Shown here one piece after another: positions 11,091-23,957 of a DNA stretch of 64,000 bases. The DNA is taken from assembly GCA_964016885.1 (NCBI GenBank), contig OZ024752.1, positions 9,796,001 through 9,860,000 on the forward strand, read 5' to 3'. This stretch comes from Eledone cirrhosa. Its lineage: Eukaryota. Position 1 is the first letter of the stretch; every line of letters begins with the position of its first letter. Below the pieces are notes generated by a model. The model ran no database searches and was not told the DNA's origin. It was given only the letters and a program-made list of their open reading frames with translations. The position numbers and the translations under genes are program-made.

Positions 11091-11334
11091 ATCTTTCTCT
11101 CCGCCTCTCTTCCTCTATCTGCGAGGATCAATCAATGTTTGGTAAGAAGGGACACCCTCCTGCCCACACCAATCATCAACACTCCAGTTATTTCTCATCA
11201 CCATCTTGCCATGTTTGAAGTTCTCCAGTATTACACTTCTAATGTCAACTGACTCCACCTAAGACAAATATTGATCTAGATAATAAGAATGGCTTCTCAG
11301 GCGTCACGTGATAATCAGGCTTGCCTGTACTTAC

Positions 11335-11735
11335 GTGTGTGTGAGAGAGAGAGAGCCTGGCTGTGTGTGTGGCCGTGCACATGTGTGTGTGAGTGTGTCT
11401 GTATTTGTGTGTGTGTTTGTGTGTGTGTTAGCTGTGCATGTGTGTGTGAGTGTGTGTGTGTGTGAGGCTGTATCGGTGTGTTTGTATATGTGTGTGTGGG
11501 GGCAAATGCGCGCGCGTGTGTTTGTATGTGTCAGTTGGTATTTGTGTGTGTGTGTGAGGCTGTATCGGTGTGTTTGTATATATGTGTGTGGGTGCAAATG
11601 CTGCGCGTGTGTTTGTATGTGTCAGTTGGTATGTGTGTGTGTGCATGTGTATAGATTTGTGTTTATTTTTGTGTGTGTGCGTGTATGTGTAGCTTTGTGT
11701 GTATATTTGTGTGTGTGCGTGTGTGTGTACATACA
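11335..11735. repeat. Complex (GT)n low-complexity tract with internal higher-order repeats
   Basis: gaggctgtatcggtgtgtttgtata and gtttgtatgtgtcagttggta each recur within GT runs. Confidence 0.9.
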
Positions 11736-11739
11736 TGTA

Positions 11740-12290
11740 CATTAACCTGTACCGAGAGAGTTGGTGTGTAAAAAATTAATAGTAAAACAAGTAAACAGTG
11801 TACAAAAGCAGGGTTATTATAACTTGGCAACTTTTAATTGACAACCACTGAGGAAACCCGATAGCCATAGAGAAATACTGTATTCACACCGTATTTACAT
11901 TTTAGAAATAAAAAGAAAAAAAACCATTCCACTGAGCTACAATTTCTTAATAGTGTTAAGTGAAATCATTCTTTCATAAACAACATCATTTATTTCCACC
12001 TTAAAACAAATGTTTCTGAACTATCAGGAGTAAATCGATATTGGACATTTGAAATATGCTACAATAAATATTGGAATATGGCCAAATCTTATAGCTGAGA
12101 GACGTACTTCGATTGAATCGAATCTAGCGTACTACATGCACCTATTCCTATATTTTAAAAAATGCCAGTCGAAGCTGGATGCATCTAAGCAGAGAGCTAA
12201 AATAGCCAAATTGAATATTGTAGGGCTTTTAAATAAAACGCTTCATTGTTTTTTCCAGAACAAGGCCTTAATATCGATACAAATATTGAA
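11740..12290 (-). pseudogene. Possible degenerate ionotropic receptor (iGluR/IR) pre-M1 to M3 remnant
   Basis: Hand translation: ILRPCSGKNNEAFYLKALQYSIW(fs)LAILALCL...W and FVHCLLVLLLIFYTPTLSVQVNV (compare SYTANLAAFLTV). Stops and frameshifts are present and the similarity is weak. Confidence 0.25.
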
Positions 12291-13356
12291 TGATGTAAAA
12301 TAGAGGTTTGACTTCTTATGCACATTTATGGAAAACGAATTCGTTTTATTCACACCCGAAATATATGCAATGTGATCTAAAGTTTGACAAGAACTAGAAA
12401 GAAAGTAGCATGTTATAGTGAGATGACATTAATCAGAACTGAGTATAGGTTTCATATGCTACACTGAGATATTGATTTCTCACACTAGCACTGCCGAATA
12501 TCTCCACTTATGGTTTAGAAAATTATATCAACACAAGAAAATGATTTGAACTTATTTTAATCACACGGAATGATGTATGGCAACGTCATCCTTAGGGAAT
12601 TTGACTTCACATCATAGAAATAATGAACAAACACCGCAATCTATTATATTATAAAGCCTGAATTCCTGCATTGCCTCACACCTCTATGCTGCAATATTGA
12701 AAAGTATACTCTATTTGATTACTCATACACAAGAATTTGTGTATTTGATTAAATAGAAACTGAATACCGCCGGCATCATAAAGCCTGTGCAAATATGAAA
12801 GATGACTTCGATATAAATACGATTTGATCATAATATTGAGAAAGTCACAATACGGAAACTTAACAGGACTTGGGATATACTGCATGACACTTGAACATGT
12901 TACAATCTAGAGTTGTCCTCTCGTCCTTTTCATATTGTCGTCCAGCTCCTTCATTGAGATGGCAGTTTTTACATCAGCAAAACCATTATGAGATTATATC
13001 TTAAAACATATACGTTCTGAGATTTTCAATTCATCTCATCTTCTATAATACGAGATGCAAACATGTTAGGATAAGACAGCCTCCCTTGGATGTCTTTTAT
13101 TACACATTTAAATCTTCTTCAAAAATAACATCTATAAAAAGTCATAGTTGTAACCAGAACAATTCTTACATAATTCAGAATTGGTGTAACAATCGCCACA
13201 ATTAAGATTGACGGTGTTCTGAGTTTATTTATTAAAACTAAATATTTCGTTGAACCATTTTTACGTTAAGGCAACAGAAGAATTTATCTCGAGTAAAGGG
13301 TAATATTTCACTTGTAATACTCGAGACAGTGTAGGCTGCTAGATTAACTGAATATA

Positions 13357-13456
13357 TAGGGTGTCCCCAAAGATTGTATACACACTTCAACAGAATTCTA
13401 ATAAATAATGCCTGTACAGGTAATCAAAGTGTATATTCATTTTTTGTGACATTCTG
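13357..13456. mobile_element. Tc1/mariner-type MITE (~100 bp)
   Basis: ta|tagggtgtccccaaa ... ttttgtgacattctg|ta, degenerate CAGGGTGTCCCAAAA-type TIRs with TA flanks. Confidence 0.55.
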
Positions 13457-14300
13457 TATATGTAAATAAAATGTTTGTAGCACCAATATTCCATTCTAGA
13501 AGAATTTACGATTCTATATTTTTAATAATATTTCAGCTGTAAATTCTATTCTTTTGTATATCAGGAATTACATTGGAAATTGTTCCATATGATATTTAAT
13601 GCAATAGGGAGCTGATTTGCATCGATATAGGACAATTTGAAGACAGGCAATCTGTTGCGAGAGTTCAATATCTGCCAATGGATAGTATAATTGGAATCAT
13701 ATGCGGTCTGCTTTAATCTGACTCGTTATACACATTTCTGTTGAAGATATAACCCGATATATGATCATACGGAAATTAACTCACAGATATTATAAAAAAA
13801 AGGGATGGAATAAAATAACTTAGGTTCCCTTATGTTGCACTTAACTGGACCCCTAATCACGTGTGCACAACAACAAATTAGTAAAGTCTGCATCACAAAG
13901 TACAAAATATTTCAACCTCTAGAAATTTCTATACAACTACAAAACCTAGAAAAGCTCTCCAATGGAGTACTCCTTCCATACCCAGGCTATGCTGCTACAT
14001 ATACAGGTGACGTATGCATGCATGGTGTCATACCTCTCAAAAATGTTAAATAAAATATCTAAGGTTAAGAATTAGGGAAATATTCAAAATTAAGGATTAG
14101 TGAATTAAGAAGTCATAGAATTGGGTAACATATAAAAGACCAAGAGTGATACTATTTTATAAATCCACCTTACAGCAGTATTTGGGAATAAAACATACAA
14201 TCGAAAATGTTAAATGAAATGTCTAAGGTTAAGAATTGCTGAATTAAGATGTCATATAATTTGGTAATAGCAATATAGAAGATCACATGTGATAATATGC

Positions 14301-15305
14301 TATTGTTATATTTGGGGAGGGTCATGTTATCCTAATATTGGACATGGAATGGATTTGTCCGCTGTAGAGGAGTAAATCATGGAATAACAGAGATAGGACT
14401 AGGCAAAAGATAGCGAAAGCCAACTCATGGTACGACAACCAGAGATAGCTGTGAGTAAGTTTCGTGGATGCAACCCCTGTAGGTGAACTAGCTTGTCGAT
14501 TTAGAAGGGCCCTAATTAAAAGCTATTTAAATATTAAAGTGGTAGAAAGACCAGGAACTACCATAAAATCCCTGATCAGGAAAACTGACCCTTTTAAGAA
14601 AACCCACTGTACGAACAAGAATTGTGTAATATATAGAGTAAGGTTATAGATAAATTGTAAAACTAGAAACAGTCTCTAGCATAGGATGTAGAGAGGGAGC
14701 CTGCAGAAACATGATAACGATATACATAAGAGAGACAGGCCGTAGCATAGGAGAGATTGATGAACACTGGAGTGAACTAAAAGGACAAAAAGACAATTCA
14801 GTACTATATGAACACGCCAGACTAAAACATGATGGTAAAATAAACAACAAAGAAGTTAAAATAATATCGAAACATAGAAATGACTCGACAGTTAGACAGA
14901 TAAATGAGGCTACAGAAATAGAATTAAGAAAACCTAGGCTGAACAGAAAACCTGAAAGGAATAACAACAACCAGACACAGACTAGTGATCAAAGATAGAA
15001 TAAAAACATAAAAGCAGACTCAGACACGAGCATACACCGTACAGAACACAATGGGATGAAACAACGATAATCGCTGAAGATGTCACAGATATGCGTGACG
15101 AAAGAACTTTGAGAAATTATTTTTATATTTATATTTTTAACTGTTTTAGTGAATTAAGTCAATCAATGATAATCATTTGTTACCAGCTAACATATTTATA
15201 AAATATAAATACATGCTGAAGCGAAAACCAAACCAAACTTTTGAGCGTGCTTTAATATTTGTTGGCAATATTATAACAATATTACCCTCCCCGAATATAA
15301 CAATA
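14301..15305 (+). mobile_element. 5'-truncated Penelope-like retroelement (linker + GIY-YIG endonuclease + pLTR), Naiad-like, pseudogenised
   Basis: Reads SWY...FVDATPVGELA...IKVVERPGTTIKSL..KTDPF...CTNKNC...YIRETGRS...EH...RQINEATEI...LNRKPE. HHR lies 3' of the ORF. The first 28 bp are an inverted copy of the 3' tail (15278-15305). Confidence 0.85.
15070..15113 (+). ncRNA. HHR motif in the PLE pLTR (family D)
   Basis: CTGAAGA-tGTCACagatatgcGTGAC-GAAA-gaac-TT, with a short stem I. Confidence 0.6.
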
Positions 15306-15410
15306 CGTGTTTCAACACACGATTTCATGTCAAAAACCATGCAAAACAAATACATCACCGATAATATTTTAACTATGGAGGCCATTTAGATATCATTAGT
15401 GTATATATAT

Positions 15411-15587
15411 GGCGGTGGATTGGCAGTATCGGTAGAGGGTCGGACACCATGCCTTGACGCATGGAGTTACGGCCCTTGCCATTCTGAGTTCAAATCTCAC
15501 CGGGGTTAACTTTGCCTTTCATCCTTACGGGGTCGATAAAATAAAGTACCAGTAATGCACTGGGTAATTGCTTAAATGTAGAAACAA
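15411..15587 (+). mobile_element. SINE family 1 with TSD
   Basis: Full head to tail; attagtgtatatat is duplicated on both sides. Confidence 0.9.
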
Positions 15588-16671
15588 TTAGTGTATATAT
15601 TTGCCATATTTATACTTGCTTCTACTTACATTTCTGATCAATTTGTTAGTCGCCATTAATCAAGTGTCTTATTCCAGAATAGGAGGTTAGAATTCCTGAA
15701 AATTATATTTTAATAACGATAATACACTTCCATTTTGTTCCGTAGTCATTCAGTGCTGATCAATTGTAATATAAAATATAATTTAGATCTCCTTAAAGGC
15801 ATCGATGATATCGTGATTTTTCTGATATAAACACAAAAAACAGCGATAATTGTTGAAACATTTAGAATCAATAATACATTGAAAACTAAACTGTCAAGAT
15901 TTTATTATGTGAGGCATTGAATAAGTATTGCTTTCATCATTTTTGATTTAAAAATACCATTTTCTGTTTTTACAATACCGTTACATTGTTCCACCGTCAT
16001 TTTTCAAATAATATAAACACTTCAGAAGAAATAGGAAATTTCGAGAAGAAAATCTATGCTAAATCTCTTTAATAATATTGAGCTGTTTCTGTTGTTGGAA
16101 TTGCTGACGTAATTTACTCCATTCATTCACAGGAATTCATAATATTTAATGAAATGCCTTCAGGTGAATAAACAATAACTGAATCAAAATGTATATCATA
16201 TTAAATATATCATGGCATTAATTGGATACAATACGTCAAAAACAACACAAATCAGTACTAAATATAAACTCACAAGTGTATAGAATATATTCCAAATACA
16301 TATGTCTGTTTGGCAATTTTCACGTTTTGCGGAACTGCATCAGTTCTTTTATATTAATTTGTAAAATTGATATACATTTTTTCGTTGAGTATCAAAGCGA
16401 CTCTAAATGTAACATTAACTTTTCTTAATATAATCAGTTTTAAAAACTACTATAAAACTGCTGGCTTAACATATTTGTTTGACGGAGTATTAGATTTTTA
16501 CAGAGAATATTGTTTCATTGGTATACCAACGAGCGGTATGGTATTGTATTTCAAAGTATAACAAAATTGAACCAGGGGTTTAGTTACCCAACACGAATTC
16601 AATTCTTCTAAAACGAATTTAAGGAAACAAACTCAGATTTTTCAGACTATATTACACAAACTATATCAGTA

Positions 16672-16912
16672 TTCTCTTCTTCTTTGCTCACTTATTCCCG
16701 AGAGGCTCCTGAGAGCAGATTCGTCAATCACTCCTCCCAGCGCGTCCAGTCAGAAGCAACTATCCCAAGTTGATCCGGATGGATCCCAAGCGAGACCAGC
16801 CAAGCTCATAGATGCTATCCAACCACCTTTCCCAGGGTCTACCCCTAGGTCTCCTGCCGGTTGAATTTGCTCGTAAATTCTGTTCACTGATTCTTTCTCG
16901 AGACATTCTAAC
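16672..16912 (-). mobile_element. RTE (Expander/BovB-like) LINE 3' end with GAA tail
   Basis: Reads RMSRERISEQNLRANSTGRRPRGRPWERWLDSIYELGWSRLGI..., then aagaagaaga. Confidence 0.75.
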
Positions 16913-17953
16913 CTCATGCAACTGTAACTATATCAGTAAAGAACTAAATATTACTATTTATCTGCAAATGCATTGAAAGTGTTTGTTACATTATTATAAT
17001 CCACGTCGAAATTTGATGAATCTTTCTTTCAAACATGTGATAATCTAAAGAAATGTAATATGAGGGTCATTTCTTGTACTAGAACTTTTTCAACACGCTG
17101 ACGCCAATATGTATATGTGTGTGTATGTGTACACTCATATGAATGAGTATAGATATATAAATACGCCAACAGACACACGTATAAAAAAATACACCCACAG
17201 ACATATTCACACGAATACACATCAATTCACACAAACACACACACCCACATACATTTACACAAACACATATACATAAACTCACACACAGCGTACCAAATGT
17301 AAAGCCAGCCACTATTTTGCTATATTTTTATCACCATCCCTTTCCTTCTTTTTACACACTCACCCACCCACCCACACATTGTTTCATGTACGGTCAAACG
17401 AACGGATGTCACGCGAATTTATATATACATTTGATATTTTTGTTCGGTTTTGAAGGTGTGCAGCATAATTCAATGCTCAGAATTCTTCAAAACAATAGCC
17501 ACCATATCACCACAACCACCACTGTACAATTCTTCAATACATTAATACAATTATTAAAACTTAGATATAAAATGAAACACGGAGTCAGCCTGGCTATGAA
17601 ATAAAAATTATCTTTCTTGGCAATTAAGTGTTTCAATTTTTAAAAAGGGCAGTTGTTCAACCATGAATAAATCCAATTGTGTGTTTTCCAAATATATATA
17701 CAATGACTAGAATTTTCCAATTCATTATATATACTAAACTGTTTCGTATTTCGGTTAGTATGTTTACTGTATACCTTCTGACCTCACCCCACAAAAAAAA
17801 AAAAACGACAAAAAACCGACAAAAAACGACACAAAAAATGACCATAAAAAAACCGACAAAAACCAGAAAAAAAAGAAACAAAGCAACAATAAAACTTAAA
17901 CAAAATACAAAAACAGAGTTCGGAATGTTTTCTACAAGTATTAATAAAATATA

Positions 17954-18139
17954 GGGTGGTGGATTGGCAGTATCGGTAGAGGGTCGGACACAATGCTTTC
18001 CAGCATAGTTAAGTCCCTTTACGATCTGAGTTCAAATCCCGCCGAGGTTGACTTTACCTTTCATCCTTACGAGGTCGATAAAATAAAGTACCAGTAATGC
18101 ACTGGGTATTTGCTGGCCTTGTGCCTAAATTAGAAACAA
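17954..18139 (+). mobile_element. SINE family 1 with TSD
   Basis: TSD attaataaaatat on both sides. Confidence 0.9.
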
Positions 18140-18879
18140 TTAATAAAATATCTGCTGAGCATTGACAATATAAATTAAATGAATATGAAACTGAGGCAAG
18201 ATTTATTCGCCTGCATTACAACTAAAGCTCAAGAGCAATTATTGATTTTTCCTATTGAATTAAATGTCATTTTCAAAATGGCGTTTATACTTTTATTAGA
18301 TAATACCACAATCTCATAATTTTATAATTATCATAAATTAATACACGTGTTATTATTAAAACAAATGCGATTATTTCGCTTTAACAGTCCTAAAAACTAT
18401 GTAAAATAAAACACTGCTATTACTAAAGTTTAAGGATCTCAAATTTGATTCCAATTCAAAATCATAAAAATTGAAAATTATAATTGAGAATCAATATTTT
18501 TTTCTAAAACAAAAATTAATAATCTTATAAAGAAAATTAGACCAGAACTAATTTTACAATTTTACATGTTTCGAAACGAAAATTAAAAAATCTTTGTTTT
18601 TGCCACACCTACTCCAAACTGAAATGACACGTATTTTCTGAAATAACATGACTGTAACCAAAGTAAATTATTTGTAATGTTCATTTACACTCTTCTTCTC
18701 CTCCTCTATACAGATACACAGTAAAAGAAAAATATGAAAAAAATGACTCACCATACTGTCCAACCCATTGACACCATAAATATATTGTGTCATATATACT
18801 AAGTTAAACTACCATGTACAATTATTATATTATGATTTAAAACAAAACAATTTCGTCGTGGGGGAAGAGTCCTAAAAAC

Positions 18880-19400
18880 ACTCCTCCTGGCGGGTCATAT
18901 CACAAGCAACCTTCTCCACCTGCTCCGTTGGATCCCCAAGCGTAACCTGCAAAGCTCATGGATGTTATCTAACCATCTTGCTCGGGTTCTACCACTTGGT
19001 CTCCTGCTAGTTGGTTTTGCCCGTAACATCTGTGCAGCGATTCTTTCTCGAGACATTCTAACCTCATGCAACTGTAACTATATTGGTTAAGAACTAAATA
19101 TTAATATTTATCTGCAAATGCATTGGAAGTGTTTGCTACATCATTATAATTCACGTCGAAATTTGATGATCCCCAAACGAGTCCAACCAAGCTCATGGAT
19201 ATTATCAAACCATCTTGTTCGGGATTTAGCCCTGGGTATGCTACCTGTTGGTTTTGCCCGTAAAATCTGTCCAATGATTCTTTCCTGAGACAATTTAATC
19301 ACATGTTCATAGTATCGAAGCTGTGAACTCTCGATTCAGAGACGTAGTGCCTCTACCTGGAGTGGCTCTCTGATATCCGAGCTGCACATATTCTCTGGTT
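18880..19400 (-). mobile_element. Two RTE 3' fragments (18880-19062 and 19170-19400), same family as 16.7 kb
   Basis: RAKPTSRRPSGR..RWLDNIHEL and ESSQLRYYEHV..QERIIGQILRAKPTG motifs. Confidence 0.7.
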
Positions 19401-19564
19401 GCGATGTTAAATGTGAAGAGGAGACAAACACATGATCTTCCTTGCAGTGACAATTCGGCTTTACAACAGATAATGTTGGAAGTAGTTCAATTTACCGGAT
19501 TCATTGAATGTCAATAGTGAAATATTTCTAGAAAAATATCGCATGATCCACATGACTGGTGCTA

Positions 19565-20270
19565 TGTGTGCGAACACGGAAGAGCCGAACACCCACTGTC
19601 ATCACCTCCATCTCTCTCATCCTCCCCATCTTTCTTATTATGAGAAAATGGGGCCCCACGTGCTGGCCACCCTACAGCCCGGCGGACAGAATGGAAAAGG
19701 TGTTTCCCCAGAGGATGGTTAGGGAGATGCGCTGGAAAAGCCATTCCATCTCACGAGGCTCACCTGCGGCTGGCCAGCTCAGCGCCTATGGTGGTAAGTA
19801 GTGAGGTGGCCCTAGAGTCAGGATACCAGATGTCTCCACTGCTAGTGGTAGCCAGCTCAGCGACTGTTGTGGTAAGTAGGAACGTAGCTCTAGGGCCAAG
19901 GACACTAGAAGTCTCCACTGCTAGGGGTAGCCAACTCAGAGCCTATGGTGGTAAGTAGGAACGTAGCTCTAGGGCCAAGGACACCAGAAGTCTCCACTGC
20001 TAGGGGTAGCCATCTCAGGGCCTATGGTGGTAAGTAGGAACGTAGCTCTAGGGCCAAGGACACTAGAAGTCTCCACTGCTAGGGGTAGCCATCTCAGGGC
20101 CTATGGTGGTAAGTAGGAACGTAGCCCTAGGGCCAAGGACACCAGAAGTCTCCACTGCCAAGAGCACGACTCAAATCTGTCGGAGAGCGCACCGGTACTT
20201 GGAGAGTTTGCTCTCCTTCGATGTAGAGTAGAACCTGGGTTAGTCACAGACTGCACCAGGTTTACTACTA
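19565..20270 (-). mobile_element. CRE-like LINE 3' fragment with 3' UTR, containing a minisatellite
   Basis: Homologous to 57195-57545. NLVQSVTNPGS... and ggaaacaccttttcc (RGNTF) end. Confidence 0.75.
19772..20158. repeat. 79-bp tandem repeat, ~5 units
   Basis: gtctccactgc recurs at 19832, 19911, 19990, 20069 and 20148. Confidence 0.95.
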
Positions 20271-20888
20271 TTAAATCGCCAATATTCGTTATACGATACT
20301 TCTCAAATGAAATAAAAACTAGTCTTATTACATGAAGAATACAAATAAAAAGAAAGTGACACACATTAATAAGGAAGATGAGAAAGGATTTACATATATT
20401 TTCAACGTCAGATAACAATTGACTGAGATGCCAGTCAACGTGTGTTATCTTGTGAAAACCGTCAAGATATAGTCATGTGAGATAAGATGTTGAAAATAAC
20501 ATTTCTAATCTGAAATAGAATTTCATTATATTTATTATATTGCTTTAGAAATGCAAGGAAAATCAAACAACTCTATTAATAACCTTTAAAATAAATATGT
20601 CCTCGTTCTAAACCTAATTTACATATTTCAATGACGTATTTTAATCCAATTTATTTGAATGCAGTGGGCAATTATAGGCTTTCTCTTTCACTAGCTCAGT
20701 AAAGAGTAATATAAGATTTCGTGGTGACGTTTTGTTCCCCTGACTGTAGGCCATATATGTTGTCAACTATATTAGAATAAGTTTACATGTATTTAAAGTG
20801 GTTGAAGTAATGGTTGATATTTATACAAATGGCTAGGGAGGCATGCGTGAAGTAAGATATTGCGGACATTTCAAAAAAATATGTAATA

Positions 20889-21357
20889 TCTATATATTAC
20901 TGTGATTGCTTGCTTGTCTGTAATGTAATACAGTCTAAAGGGCGCAAAATGGGAAAATACTTTGAAAGGAAGTTGCCCCTGAAATGGGAATACAAATAGA
21001 ATAAAACAAATTTCGCGTTAATCGGAGTAAGGGTTATCGAGATATGGGGTTTTCTGGGTGCCTTCATAACAATAATGGTTGCATTCTTTAAGGGTATGTC
21101 AATATCTATTTATAAAACTGCTCTATATTATATTTTATCTGATGAAAGCACACCATAATTTAACTTGGTGTCCTTGAAATATGTATAATGAAATAAATAT
21201 GGTTTTATAAATATAGTTTCCATTTGTTAATATCGTTGTAGTGGTTGTGAGAGAGTAGATTGAAAGAGAGATATAGAGAAAGGGAGAAGAGACAGAGACG
21301 GAGAATGGAAGAGAGAGAGAGAGCTGGTGGTGGTGTGTATATATGTGTGGGTGTGTG

Positions 21358-21392
<35 letters not shown>

Positions 21393-21720
21393 ATGCATGT
21401 ATGTGTATATGTGTGTGTGTCTATGATCAGTGTATATAGCCCAAAGACACACATATATATATATATATACACACACATACATATATACAAACACACATAC
21501 ATATATACAAACACACACATTTACATATATATATATATACAAACACACACATTTATATATATACACACACACACATGTATATATTATATGGGCCTTCCAG
21601 TTTCATTTCACATTATTTACATGTCTGTGCATATTTTAATTATATAAAAATCATTTTTAAGTGAACATGATTGTTTAAAAATAGTTTGAAGCGTGACCCA
21701 ACGGTTTTCGGGTGGTCTAG
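20889..21720 (+). mobile_element. Putative non-autonomous Helitron with internal microsatellites
   Basis: A|TCtatatatt start; 3' hairpin acccaa-cggtt-ttcgggt followed by ggtCTAG|T. Confidence 0.5.
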
Positions 21721-21865
21721 TCATATATAAAAATGTGCGTCGAAGTTCATGATTTTGTATAGTCAGAGATCGTCCTTCATCAAGTATACATTATCGAAGT
21801 TATTCTGGTCATGGCCATCCCGTATTTTAAAGGTATGTTGGACGACAATATCTAATGTATCCACA

Positions 21866-22049
21866 GGCGGTGGATTGGCAGTATCGGTAGAGGGTCGGAC
21901 GCCATGCTTTCCAGCATAGTTATGTCCCTTTACGATCTGAGTTCAAATCTCGCCGAGGTTGACTTTGCCTTTCATCCTTACGGGGTCGATAAAATAAAGT
22001 ACCAGTAATGAACTGGGTAATTTCTGGCCTTGTGCCTAAAGTAGAAACA
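21866..22049 (+). mobile_element. SINE family 1 with 15-bp TSD
   Basis: aatatctaatgtatc at 21847-21861 and 22050-22064. Confidence 0.92.
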
Positions 22050-22659
22050 AATATCTAATGTATCTTTCACATATATAGGACAATTGGTGGTAGATTTGAG
22101 TAACAATTTACTGCTATTTCTAGCAAGTCATAAGACCACGTGGAAGCCGCGTCCGTCAACTATATGACACGTGAAATATCCCCCGAAATCCTTATTAATT
22201 CTTTATTACCAAATCATGCTGAGTTATTTGTTGTTTAAAACTCGGCAATAGCATAAACAATATCCCAAGAAGGGAACTCAGATATAATTAGCGCTATTAA
22301 ATTAAAAGGTTGCCCTTCTTGTCAAAGGAAAGATATCGCTTTAATAATCTGTAAAAACGAATATTTTCGATGCATCGTCATATATGTAAATAAATATGTA
22401 GAATAGAAAATAACATATAGGTTCTATATGAGAGTGGTTTAGCCGGTATATCAATTTGAGGCCCACAGAAAGAAGGACATTTATCAACCACTTCGTCAAA
22501 ACAAACCTAACATTCTGTGTTTTGTACTATAGTCTCCAACAAAACATTATATTATCTTATCTTAGTCCCGTAAGATCTAGGGGGTGTCGTAGTTACACTG
22601 TATCGAGATACGACATTTCCGGGACATTTCATTAAAAACTTGGAGGGGTTCATTTCCTC

Positions 22660-22895
22660 TCCAGGTTTGCATACACGAGACTTCTTCGAGAGAAAGATAG
22701 AAAGTGAGAGAGAGTTAATGAGGAAACAAATATAGAGGAAGAATCTACCCCAGTACTAGACTGGTACTTTTTATTGACTTTGAATGGATGAAAAGCAAAA
22801 TTTAACCTCGGTGGGATTTGAGCACAGCGAGCAGAGAGCCGGAACAAACACCACAAAGCCTTCTATTCGACGCTCTAACGACTCTGCCCATTCAC
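22660..22895 (-). mobile_element. Older SINE subfamily with pyrimidine-rich 3' extension; relatives at 39390-39610 and 59500-59725
   Basis: gcagagtcgttagagc head, tttcatccatt domain, gattcttcctctatatt tail shared by these copies. Confidence 0.7.
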
Positions 22896-23606
22896 ATTAT
22901 TCCAACAACACATACCTGTTGAGAAATTATTTTGCAGATATTTTGCATTTTCCTTCCAAGGAGAGATGTGAGGTACAATTCGCAACATATTGCATGAAAT
23001 ACTGCAGACATTTTACTTTTTTTCTTTTGTTTCTTCCATTCATCGATAAACGTTTGGTTGAACACATTCAAATTTTGTCATGTATTCACGTGATCAGATG
23101 TCAGCCTGCTTTCTGCAAATCATACTGGAATTCAATTTCTAATGAAGGCACTTCTATCTCTCACCGACACACGTAAATCAATTAATGAATTCAATGGATG
23201 TAATGAAAGCCATGCCATACATCATTTGAATCTTTATTTCAATGATGTAACGTAACATTCTCCTACAGATAAACACCAAAAGTAAGATGATTCATGAAAG
23301 GGATGATGTAGTGTGAGAGAGGGTTTCACCTCTACAATCGCTCTTCAATGGTCCTGACGATGTACGTGGAAAATAATCACATTTTAAATGAATCGAAACT
23401 GGTTGCCGAGGTAACGAAATTGAACGCCGTCTCGCGACATGTCGGAACGTTAACATAGGTGTAAATATTTCCGTCTATGGAGATGGTGATGGACTAGAGA
23501 ATGTCCGAAAGATACATTAGGATGACTTTGATGAGCCTAAATTTGAATTCAAACGAAGAAGTAGTGTCATTATATATATATACACACACATATATATATT
23601 ATATAT

Positions 23607-23785
23607 AGGAAAAAGTATGACCCCGACGGCAGAGCTCAAGCCGTTTCTAGTCCAGGAATAGCCATCGAAAAGTCTTGAGCTCTGCCGTCGGGGTCATACT
23701 TTTTCCTATTTCCCACTCTAATACCCTAAGTATTGAGTACTCTGGTGCGTTATGGTCCATCTGGTTCCTTACCACAATTCCTGTC
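23607..23785 (+). mobile_element. Family F foldback element plus body
   Basis: aggaaaaagtatgaccccgacggcagagctcaag ... cttgagctctgccgtcggggtcatactttttcct, followed by the family body. Confidence 0.75.
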
Positions 23786-23957
23786 ATATTATATATCTAT
23801 ATATATATAATATTTATTTAGGTTTGTTGGTTCACCACTGGATAGAACTGGTTATTCCGTATGGTCAACCTCGATATAATATTATGGAGAGAACTTGATG
23901 TAATGCAACTCACCCGTCTTCGTTTGTGTTGTTGGTGGTGCGAGTACGGAGTTAATT

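Noticed and set aside
11848-11890. CTGAGGA...GAAA motif
   Set aside because: No convincing stem II or stem I. The same applies to the motifs at 6010, 23355, 38296 and those inside LINE ORFs.
19772-20158. CRISPR-like regular repeats
   Set aside because: Contiguous 79-bp units with no unique spacers, LINE-derived, in a eukaryotic context.
22916-23262. Exon-like segment on the minus strand (tag acceptor, gtatgt donor); similar at 15630-15697
   Set aside because: All frames contain stops and no recognisable motif; it could be a dead exon but is unsupported.
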